DNA of 64,000 nucleotides from a virus (Duplodnaviria; Heunggongvirae; Uroviricota; Caudoviricetes). A program made the translations under genes and the position numbers. The DNA lies in IMG/VR virus record IMGVR_UViG_3300009709_000001, positions 96,001-160,000 of that record. One strand, 5' to 3'. Within the stretch, counting starts at the first letter, position 1, and every line of letters begins with the position of its first letter. The notes under the pieces are model-generated. The model worked only from the letters and a program-made list of their open reading frames with translations. It did not search any database and was not told the origin of the DNA. Positions 47,447 through 54,677 of the stretch are shown in pieces.

Positions 47447-47886
47447 ACAAGATCTTTGAGTTCAAGATACATTGCATGATACTTTTCGAGACGTGTAATA
47501 TCCTTCGGCGTAATACCCTTGAGGCGACGAATGTCGCTGTTATGGCGCAGGTCGGCAAGCTTAACACGAATTGCATCCGGATTTGCCTTGATGCGTGCCA
47601 GGTATTCTTCGTTGGTTTCACCGGGCACTTTTGTCATAGCACGAATGCCAGCAATGATACGCTCTGTAAACCCCATTTCACGCAGGCGAGCGTAGGTGAC
47701 AGTCTTACGATCTTCGACCAGATCATGCCCGAGTGCAATACATTGAAGTTCTTCATCTTCAGACTTCAGATAATGCATCACCTTCAGGCAATGGAGAATA
47801 TAGGGCACGCCCTGCTTATCGTAAATGCCATCAAACTCGGTCGTAGCAAGAACGAGCATTTTATTGAGTTGTTCGCCGGGCTTCAT
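47443..47886 (-). CDS. HD-domain hydrolase, SpoT/Mesh1-like ((p)ppGpp hydrolase family)
   Basis: DK.G.PYILH...V, ALGHDLVED, VKLADLRHN.D. Confidence 0.85.
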   Translation of the reverse strand: MKPGEQLNKMLVLATTEFDGIYDKQGVPYILHCLKVMHYLKSEDEELQCIALGHDLVEDRKTVTYARLREMGFTERIIAGIRAMTKVPGETNEEYLARIKANPDAIRVKLADLRHNSDIRRLKGITPKDITRLEKYHAMYLELKDLV

Positions 47887-47896
47887 ACTCTTCTCC

Positions 47897-48175
47897 TTAG
47901 GTAAACGATTCGCCCCATTGGAGCACAAACATTGTCGCATCACTTTCACATCGGAAAAAGATCTCCGCAAAATAGAAAGACTCGATCTGTTTGAATTTGC
48001 ACCCCGACTTAAAATGTTCAGAAAGCCAGGCCTTGATTTCATCTAAACGTTCTGGTTTGTTTACCAATGTAAACTTAATTTCAAACGGCGATTTCACCGA
48101 CGACTGATTCAGCGTGGTGATCCAATATTTGTCTGTCGACGGCTCAATGGGTTCAACTGGGTTCGAAAAGCTCAT
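47897..48175 (-). CDS. small hypothetical protein (same C-terminal family)
   Basis: C-terminal FRCESDATMFVLQWGE. Confidence 0.65.
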   Translation of the reverse strand: MSFSNPVEPIEPSTDKYWITTLNQSSVKSPFEIKFTLVNKPERLDEIKAWLSEHFKSGCKFKQIESFYFAEIFFRCESDATMFVLQWGESFT

Positions 48176-48192
48176 AAGATCTCTTGTAAGAA

Positions 48193-48305
48193 TTGTGATC
48201 CCGGATCCGCCCCGGGTCTTCCAGCTTCTAGCCCACTTTACGAGCAGACTAATGAGATATCCTTTTAAAGGATAGTAGGTATGCTTCTAAGTACACTAAT
48301 CACAA
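48193..48305 (-). ncRNA. degenerate tRNA-like element without CCA
   Basis: TTGTGAT/ATCACAA closing stem; TATCC-TTTAAAA-GGATA anticodon-like arm; CCCGG-GCGGAT-CCGGG in the T-arm position. Confidence 0.45.
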
Positions 48306-48386
48306 ATTTTGTATACCGCTAACGGAATTGAACCGAAAAGTTGAATATGCCATAGCAGTGATTTCACCCTCCAGGACGGTATTATT

Positions 48387-48463
48387 TGGTGCGCCTTGTG
48401 GGATTCGAACCCACGGTCACGGATTTAGAGTCCGCTGCTTTAGGCCGGCTAAGCTAAAAGCGC
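48387..48463 (-). tRNA. amber suppressor tRNA (anticodon CTA)
   Basis: GCGGA-CT-CTA-AA-TCCGT; intact cloverleaf; 4-nt V-loop; A73-CCA. Confidence 0.9.
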
Positions 48464-48476
48464 ATGTCTTAAGCAC

Positions 48477-48505
48477 ATTTTATTAGAATGTGCTAGATCT
48501 GTCAA
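48477..48505 (-). promoter_or_regulatory. sigma70-type promoter for the suppressor tRNA
   Basis: TTGACA-17 nt-TAAAAT, 13 nt upstream of the tRNA. Confidence 0.75.
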
Positions 48506-48511
48506 CTGAGT

Positions 48512-48820
48512 TTAGAACCTGAATAATTTCCATTTACGGAAAAAATTACGAGATTCCAAATCCGAGATCGGCTGAGTACAGATTGCGCTGTAACCCATTC
48601 CGTTATCGGGTTCATAAAACATATAGAACTCGATACCTTTTCCATCAAGCTTCATAGCGATATCTTCCAGATCCTCTTGGTCTCTGGCCGATAGCAAGAT
48701 GAGTGATGAAATCTCTCGATCAGTTGTTCGTTTTCCGGCTTCGTGACATGCATGTCCAATCTGAACAATTTTCTGTTCAGGGGAAATGTCTTCACGAATA
48801 AAGGTATAGATGTAACTCAT
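48512..48820 (-). CDS. Pth2-fold protein (second, PTRHD1-like)
   Basis: Y.FIR.D....Q..VQ.GHA..E, L.LL......L, F.EPD...G.SA..T.P. Confidence 0.75.
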   Translation of the reverse strand: MSYIYTFIREDISPEQKIVQIGHACHEAGKRTTDREISSLILLSARDQEDLEDIAMKLDGKGIEFYMFYEPDNGMGYSAICTQPISDLESRNFFRKWKLFRF

Positions 48821-49170
48821 TCGATTTTCATCCTCGAAATTTCGGTGGCTAGATTTTGAAGCAAGACTTTGTCCTCCTCATCCAACCAAGAATAAACTTC
48901 CGAGTATTTGGCAAGTCGTAACGAGGTCATCAAGCATCCGTAAGGTTCTGCACCATTGGATAACTTAACCTGATTGGTTATTGGTTTAAACGACTTGAGA
49001 AGTCGATGAATTGCACCCTCTTTACCATAACCTTGCGTTATGGCAGTTCTCAACGTATCCACATCGGGAGTCTTGAGAAGTGCTCGGTAGACGCAAAGCG
49101 CGGCTACATCTTTAGGGGTGATTTTATGTGCGGCAGCGAGTGCCTTCCATTGTTGGCGAATATCTTTCAT
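48817..49170 (-). CDS. hypothetical protein, translationally coupled to the Pth2-fold gene
   Basis: F.PITN..KL.NG..PY motif; ATGA overlap with the next gene. Confidence 0.7.
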   Translation of the reverse strand: MKDIRQQWKALAAAHKITPKDVAALCVYRALLKTPDVDTLRTAITQGYGKEGAIHRLLKSFKPITNQVKLSNGAEPYGCLMTSLRLAKYSEVYSWLDEEDKVLLQNLATEISRMKIE

Positions 49171-49174
49171 TTGT

Positions 49175-49275
49175 TTCTTCCTATAAAAATTAAGTGGTTT
49201 ATTTCGGGGTGTTTAACAGTGAAATAAACATTTAGGAAGAATTAAAGTAAACCTACATCATAGTAGTTTCTCCGT
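49175..49275 (-). promoter_or_regulatory. Met-Met-amber leader minigene with anti-SD hairpin
   Basis: GGAG-N8-ATG ATG TAG GTT TAC TTT AAT TCT TCC TAA; TTCTTCCTA (49241-49233) complements TAGGAAGAA (49183-49175). Confidence 0.65.
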
Positions 49276-49292
49276 AGTTGAACAGTTATTTA

Positions 49293-49613
49293 TTATTCGT
49301 CGTTGCGAAGAAGGATATTTTCCCATTTTTGGGACTTGAGTTCGAGCTGAGTTTTAAGCAACTCGAAAACTTCTTCTTCGGTTTTATCTGCGTGAACACG
49401 CCGAAGTACATCGATTGCAGTAATGATCACATCTGCAACTTCACCCTCAACAGGTTCTTTCAATTCCTTGTGCGGAAGAAGGCCTTCGTGTTTGTTGACT
49501 GCTTCAGCCAATTCGCCACATTCTTCCGTAAGCTTGATCATCCTGTTTGCAAGAGGCCAGCGGTGACGCGTGCTTTGATTAAGGATAATACCGATTAGTT
49601 TTTTAAGTTTCAT
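49293..49613 (-). CDS. mazG: MazG-like nucleotide pyrophosphohydrolase
   Basis: KLTEECGELAEA...EGEVADVII. Confidence 0.85.
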   Translation of the reverse strand: MKLKKLIGIILNQSTRHRWPLANRMIKLTEECGELAEAVNKHEGLLPHKELKEPVEGEVADVIITAIDVLRRVHADKTEEEVFELLKTQLELKSQKWENILLRNDE

Positions 49614-49701
49614 ATTCTATAAAGTTTGGTAGATCCGCCCGTTTCAAAGACGGGAATGCTCATACACCATGGATCGATATATCTTGTATATCGATATACC
49701 A

Positions 49702-49795
49702 AATCTGTGTTTATGAATTTAGGTAGTCCTACTTTCAGCGCGTCCGCCTAGTCGTGTGCCGCACACTGTTATACCTAAATTCATAAACACAGATT
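49702..49795. repeat. 24-bp perfect inverted repeat enclosing a 46-nt GC-rich loop
   Basis: AATCTGTGTTTATGAATTTAGGTA ... TACCTAAATTCATAAACACAGATT. Confidence 0.8.
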
Positions 49796-49796
49796 A

Positions 49797-49888
49797 GAGC
49801 ACAAGGGGGAATCGAACCCATTCTTGCGAACACCAGTTTCTTAAGCACTGGGCCGGCGGCCATACCGGTTCCTTTTATACGTGTTTAT
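49797..49888 (-). ncRNA. tRNA-like element (TAA loop, 3-bp T-stem, no CCA)
   Basis: CCGG/CCGG D-like stem; CCAGT-GCTTAAGAA-ACTGG; TTC-GCAA-GAA; GGG-TTCGATT-CCC. Confidence 0.55.
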
Positions 49889-49895
49889 GGAAAAA

Positions 49896-50015
49896 AGTTA
49901 GTTAAGAAAAGATAGTTGGACTCGAACCAACAACCCGATAAATCGTCCCTGTTCATTCAAGAACTCAGGCCGTCATCCCGCCTCTTTCCAATTGGGCTAC
50001 ACCTATTAACTAACT
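49896..50015 (-). ncRNA. tRNA-like element with D- and T-arms, expanded middle, no CCA
   Basis: AGTTAGTTAA/TTAACTAACT closing stem; TAGCCCAATTGGAAAGAGGC D-arm; GTTGG-TTCGAGT-CCAAC. Confidence 0.6.
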
Positions 50016-50028
50016 CTCAACAATTGCA

Positions 50029-50604
50029 TTATAGCAACTCTAATAACTTTTTGCAATATGAGTTTTGTGACATCTTCTCAATAAATTGATGACCATACGG
50101 CGAGGAATCAGCAGCAAAGAATAATGTTAGTGAACCGACTAGAATAACTATCGACCATCTAAGGAATTTTAGAAGTCTTATCATTCCGTGGAAAATTCCA
50201 GAGAACAGCTTTCTAATTAATTTCCAGAGATCCTTGTCTCCAAATTCTTCCACTTGCTCTTCAATGGTTTTCTTTGGTTTCAGGGACTCTCTATATCGAA
50301 TTAACTCCTTGACAAATTTCCAACCAGCATCAGTGAGTGTTAGAGTCGGAATATTGTAAATCTGATTACCGACTCCGTTACTGATTGTAGATCCCGAACC
50401 AAAAATATTAATTCGTTCAATTTTAAAATCAATTAATAACTTCGAATCATAGGATGCTTTTTGCAAAATAGAATAATACATTGCAATCTTCCCAATAAAT
50501 CTCTGATATTCGATTTCACTATCGACTGAACATGCTAACTGAATAATGCCGCCATTATTGTAAATGTCGATAATCACATCTTGAATATCCACTCGATAAT
50601 ACAT
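50029..50604 (-). CDS. hypothetical membrane protein
   Basis: LTDAG wing-like motif; C-terminal TM segment. Confidence 0.6.
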   Translation of the reverse strand: MYYRVDIQDVIIDIYNNGGIIQLACSVDSEIEYQRFIGKIAMYYSILQKASYDSKLLIDFKIERINIFGSGSTISNGVGNQIYNIPTLTLTDAGWKFVKELIRYRESLKPKKTIEEQVEEFGDKDLWKLIRKLFSGIFHGMIRLLKFLRWSIVILVGSLTLFFAADSSPYGHQFIEKMSQNSYCKKLLELL

Positions 50605-50673
50605 TTTGTGATTTTAAAGAAGATAGAAAATTATCATCAAAGTTCATGATTGCCCTGTTGGTAAATAAAAATT

Positions 50674-51198
50674 ATGAATTATGCCAAACATTATAGTATC
50701 TTGATTGAAAGAGCAAGAACTCGTGATCTCGAAAGCCATCACATAATTCCACGTTGCATGGGTGGCAGCAATGACTTATCCAATTTGGTAGAACTTACAC
50801 CCGAAGAACATTATGTTGCTCATCAATTATTATCTAGAATGTATCCAGAAAATTTATCATTGTTGCATGCCGCATTTATGATGGCCTCAACAAGAAAGGG
50901 TAATAAGATTTATGGTTGGCTCAGAAAAAGATTTGTGAAAGAAAAAAGTAAATCAATGATGGGTAATAAAAATGGTGTCAATAGTCCCGGAAATACCGGC
51001 ATGAAACATTCCACCGAAACTAGGCAAAAAATTGCTAATGCTAATATCGGTAAAAAACACACCGAAGAAACAAAGAAACTCTTATCAGAAAAGAAAAAGG
51101 GCATCCCGAAAATTAAATCCGAATGCCCCCATTGCAATCGCCTGTTTAGCCCCACCAATATGGCAAGGTATCACGGCGATAAATGTAAATCAAAGTAA
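50674..51198 (+). CDS. HNH homing endonuclease with NUMOD3 repeats
   Basis: ESHHIIPRCMGGSN...NLV.LT.EEH..AH.LL; KHSTETRQKI and KHTEETKKLLS. Confidence 0.9.
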   Translation: MNYAKHYSILIERARTRDLESHHIIPRCMGGSNDLSNLVELTPEEHYVAHQLLSRMYPENLSLLHAAFMMASTRKGNKIYGWLRKRFVKEKSKSMMGNKNGVNSPGNTGMKHSTETRQKIANANIGKKHTEETKKLLSEKKKGIPKIKSECPHCNRLFSPTNMARYHGDKCKSK

Positions 51199-52047
51199 TT
51201 CAAGCGCTGTTCCGCAATCTGAACAGTATTTGGCTGTAGCCTTGTTCATGTGACCACAAGTTTCGCATTTCTGCTTCGCTTTAACAGTTACCGGAGCAAC
51301 AACTTGCACTTCACCGGATACGCCAGAAAGGCGAAGAACAATTACATGCGATTGTGCTTCCGGCTTAAAGCCATAAACAGGTGTGAATTTCTGGTCAACC
51401 TTGGATCCTGGTACAGTAATACCGACATCATTTACGGGTGCCGATTGTGCAACTGCTGCACCTTCCGATGCAACATGACTTGTGTAGTCTGCGGCAATAC
51501 CTGCATTCGCTGTTGATGCAGTAATTCCCTTCGATGCACTCTTAGTTACACGGGCAGAACCGGTGCTATACGAAGCATCCAATGATCCGGTGACACTACC
51601 GAGCCATCCGTCTGATCCCATCCTTCTGCTATACGGATAAGATCTGTCCCACCAAATATCACGGTGATAAGTTGTGGTGTAAACTGGAGCTTCTTCTTCG
51701 AACGTAAATTCAACACGGACAACACCGTCATCTACCTTAATGCCGCGTGGACCATCTTCAATCGCAGCAGTACGTTCGATAAATTTAAAGGCATTACCTT
51801 CATTCATGTTACCATTTCGAATGAAGCGCTTCATTTCAACTTCGGAATTTGCATCGACGATAATATCTGTACCGTCTAATACGTTGGTGCCATCAATGTG
51901 CAGACTGAATTTTGCTCGTCTGCTATTGAGGTTTTTGACTAGAACACTAAATTCAGAACCGAACGGTAGCTGAACAATGTCTTTTGTTTCTCTGAGGACC
52001 TTGCCGTTTGCCTTGATCGCGACGACAAATTTGTTTTGATACATCAT
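51190..52047 (-). CDS. conserved hypothetical protein with C-terminal zinc ribbon
   Basis: LPFGSE.S...KNLN..RA....IDG, FKFIERT, GITVPGS, CETCG......YCSDCG; late motif 52121-52128. Confidence 0.75.
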   Translation of the reverse strand: MMYQNKFVVAIKANGKVLRETKDIVQLPFGSEFSVLVKNLNSRRAKFSLHIDGTNVLDGTDIIVDANSEVEMKRFIRNGNMNEGNAFKFIERTAAIEDGPRGIKVDDGVVRVEFTFEEEAPVYTTTYHRDIWWDRSYPYSRRMGSDGWLGSVTGSLDASYSTGSARVTKSASKGITASTANAGIAADYTSHVASEGAAVAQSAPVNDVGITVPGSKVDQKFTPVYGFKPEAQSHVIVLRLSGVSGEVQVVAPVTVKAKQKCETCGHMNKATAKYCSDCGTALELL

Positions 52048-52188
52048 ATTTCCTTCCTTATACCGGCTACCAGTAGGCCGTAAATTTAAAACTGGTTGGC
52101 GTCCACCCGTTGGACTAAAGTATTTATCTCATCCCGAGATCGTACTCAGCAGAAAAGGGCCCGGAGGCCCAATTCAAGTTGCGTTTGA

Positions 52189-52635
52189 TTAGAACGCAAC
52201 TTTTACGCCAGCCGAAACGGTATTGCCGTTATAAGCATTGACACGTGCCTGACCCTTCTGGTAAGCATAGTCACCAACAAGGGCAACATTCTTGGCGAGT
52301 GGGTACGAAACACCAACACCAAACAAACCAGCATAGCCGTCTGCACCCTTCGAAGGATCGATGTAAGCACCGCCGACTTTAACCGCTACGGTTGCACCAG
52401 CAACCTTGGCCACGTCATAAGAACCGACGAGGCTATAACGATTAGTATTCAGCTTGCCATCTGTGGAACGATCGAATGCAGCTTCTGCACCAAGGGCACC
52501 AAACTTTTCACCGACGGTAACGCCAGCGCTGTTCTTGTTGGTTCCGCCATTGTAGCCAACGCGGGCACCAAAGTCAGCAGCGGAGGCCATGCCAGCGGCA
52601 AGAGCCAGGGTTGCGATTAGAGCAATTTTCTTCAT
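52189..52635 (-). CDS. outer-membrane beta-barrel protein (8-strand OmpA/OmpX-like)
   Basis: signal peptide ending ASA; alternating beta strands; C-terminal GVKVAF. Confidence 0.85.
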   Translation of the reverse strand: MKKIALIATLALAAGMASAADFGARVGYNGGTNKNSAGVTVGEKFGALGAEAAFDRSTDGKLNTNRYSLVGSYDVAKVAGATVAVKVGGAYIDPSKGADGYAGLFGVGVSYPLAKNVALVGDYAYQKGQARVNAYNGNTVSAGVKVAF

Positions 52636-52675
52636 TTATTTTCCTTTTTAATTTGCCTTTCTGAGGCAGCTTACG

Positions 52676-52704
52676 ATTATATGCAAAACTTAAACAATTG
52701 TCAA
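52676..52704 (-). promoter_or_regulatory. perfect sigma70 consensus promoter for the OMP gene
   Basis: TTGACA-17 nt-TATAAT. Confidence 0.85.
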
Positions 52705-52722
52705 GTTTGGCAGTATTCAAAA

Positions 52723-53067
52723 TTAAATATCGAATTTTCTACCTTTTGCCAAATTTTCTTTTGAAGGCAAATATTGCAAATTTTCTATGACATGAAGACC
52801 ACTTACAAATTCGCCATTTAGTGGAATAATGTGATCGACATGATATCCGATTGGGCAAGATAGATAAAATCTCTCAATTGTATCTAAATCTGACCATGGC
52901 GGTATTCTTTTTAACTTCGCTGCTCGTTCCTTTGCTGACTTGAGTTTAACCTTTTCAGGATATTTCTCTCGCCATTTTCTGTGGCGATCTTTATTTATCT
53001 TCAGATCATTTAATCGTTTTGCAACGATAGCTTCTTCGGGAGTGTGATACTTTCTTGGTCTCGGCAT
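52723..53067 (-). CDS. HNH endonuclease
   Basis: RAAKL.R.PPW, YHVDHIIPL.G..VSGLHV..NLQ.L...EN..K. Confidence 0.88.
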   Translation of the reverse strand: MPRPRKYHTPEEAIVAKRLNDLKINKDRHRKWREKYPEKVKLKSAKERAAKLKRIPPWSDLDTIERFYLSCPIGYHVDHIIPLNGEFVSGLHVIENLQYLPSKENLAKGRKFDI

Positions 53068-53075
53068 AGGTAAAA

Positions 53076-53387
53076 GAATGGGAGCCGAAACTCCCATTGC
53101 TATTTTGGGTAACAAGGCATAACTGCCCCGGAGTGCTGTTAGGCGAATGCGACTTCGGCGTCTGCGAAAGCAGAGAGGTCGAAAGAAGCAAACTCGGTAG
53201 AAACGTTATTTGCGTTTACTTGGTTTGACGATTAACGATCGTTATTCGTGTTGTCTGCCTTGATACTTGCTACACTGTCGATTTCCGGAGGTCCCCCATC
53301 AAAAACACACAGAATGCGCTTTTGGTGGAGGACAGGGGATTCGAACCCCTTTCCAGCCCAGTTTTCTCTAAGCTTCATACAACAATA
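53076..53387 (-). ncRNA. ssrA: two-piece (circularly permuted) tmRNA
   Basis: acceptor piece with T-arm AGGGG-TTCGAAT-CCCCT ending GTCCTCC-A-CCA (53323) precedes the piece starting GGGGGAC (53297); G3:U70; tag ORF 53213-53139 ANNVSTEFASFDLSAFADAEVAFA*; terminator hairpin. Confidence 0.9.
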
Positions 53388-53425
53388 AAATTCAGGCGTT
53401 TGCCTTAGTCCCTATTATGCACTAC

Positions 53426-54094
53426 TTACCACATGATGTCAAAATTCCCACGCATAACCTGCTTAACACTGCCGGATTTGCCTGTAATGTGGTCTTTTAC
53501 AACATCATCTTGGAAACGATAGGTGCGAATTTTATCGCCCCTCATTCCCGAACCAACTTGCGATTTCCTCTCAACAGCGAGGCTAGCTTTCTTGTCTAAA
53601 TAATTTCCTTTTGTTAACTGTTCGATTAACGCCGCTTTAGCCTCTTCTAAACTGTTAACTCTAGACCTATGTTGAGCTGTGGCAATCTGTCCGGTTGGTA
53701 TATAAGTTATTCTACAAGAATTCTGATGCTTATTGCGATGTTGACCACCTGCACCAGTTCCGCTATACCATTCAATCTTAAAATCTTCATCCCTAAGCGT
53801 TAGTGTCGGAATTTCTGGATCGATAATTGCAACGGTTACGGTACTTGTATGAACTCTACCTTTTCTTTCTGTCGGTGGAATTCGTTGTATACGATGCCCA
53901 CCTGCTTCATTTTCAAGCATAGACAAATCATCGCCGATAACTTCTACAAAAACTTCACCGGCTACAGATTTAACTATGCGATTGATTCAGCCTACTCGAT
54001 CGCAATGCTTTTGATATGCAATTGCAAGATCAGATGCAAACAACTTGCTATCTTCTCCGCCTTCGGCTCCACGAATTTCAATTACTCTTTTCAT
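53426..54094 (-). CDS. RF1-like peptide chain release factor lacking domain 1, with in-frame TGA at codon 36
   Basis: IEIRGAEGG.DS.LFA.DL...Y upstream in the same frame as E.GGHR.QRIPPTE..GRVHTST, GAGGQH.NK and KIRTY; TGA at 53989-53987. Confidence 0.85.
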
Positions 54095-54677
54095 GATTTT
54101 TCCTTTCTTCAACTAGCCATGGTGCGAGTTTATCTAAACACGCATTCCACGATGGCATACTACCTTTCTCAAATCGTACTGTCAGGGCCCACCTGTCAGT
54201 ATCAGACAAATTTATCGAATGATGAAATACAGTACCGATATTAACTAATATCGGCCCTTTATCCTTTGTTTCATCAATAACGATAGCATCATCTTTCTCC
54301 AATTTAAGAAATGGGGTACTTTTTAGTTCACCATGAACGTGTGCGTCTTTCGGTGTAGTAGGAAATTCTATGCCATCGCGTGGTTTATACCAACGCATGA
54401 CATAATCATCACAAAAAATCCAGTTAATCGCTGCTCGAAATTCACCTACAGCACCATCTGTATGGATAGGCTGCACATCGACATAAGGAGCATGATGGAA
54501 AATCGAAGCACGAACTGGATTTAAATTTATGCTTCGAAAAAAATTTATTAGGGACGGATTTAAAATCTCGTCGGCACTATATTGAAATATTGACTGCTGA
54601 CAATCGCCACGAGGCATTACAAAATCATCTCGAAGCGGTGAAACAGGAATATCTAACAGTGCGTAGTGATCGGACAT
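54078..54677 (-). CDS. 2OG-Fe(II)/cupin-like oxygenase
   Basis: PIHTDG....AAINW, LVNIG..HH..N....RW.LT.RF. Confidence 0.65.
   Translation of the reverse strand: MSDHYALLDIPVSPLRDDFVMPRGDCQQSIFQYSADEILNPSLINFFRSINLNPVRASIFHHAPYVDVQPIHTDGAVGEFRAAINWIFCDDYVMRWYKPRDGIEFPTTPKDAHVHGELKSTPFLKLEKDDAIVIDETKDKGPILVNIGTVFHHSINLSDTDRWALTVRFEKGSMPSWNACLDKLAPWLVEERKNHEKSN

Noticed and set aside
49726-49771. Second rRNA-mimic inside the 24-bp clamp (GAAAGTAGGAC resembles a 23S segment)
   Set aside because: The match is too short to support without an alignment.
53426-53926. 166-aa RF ORF starting at the internal TTG
   Set aside because: Conserved RF motifs and an ATG with SD lie upstream in the same frame, so the gene begins at 54094.
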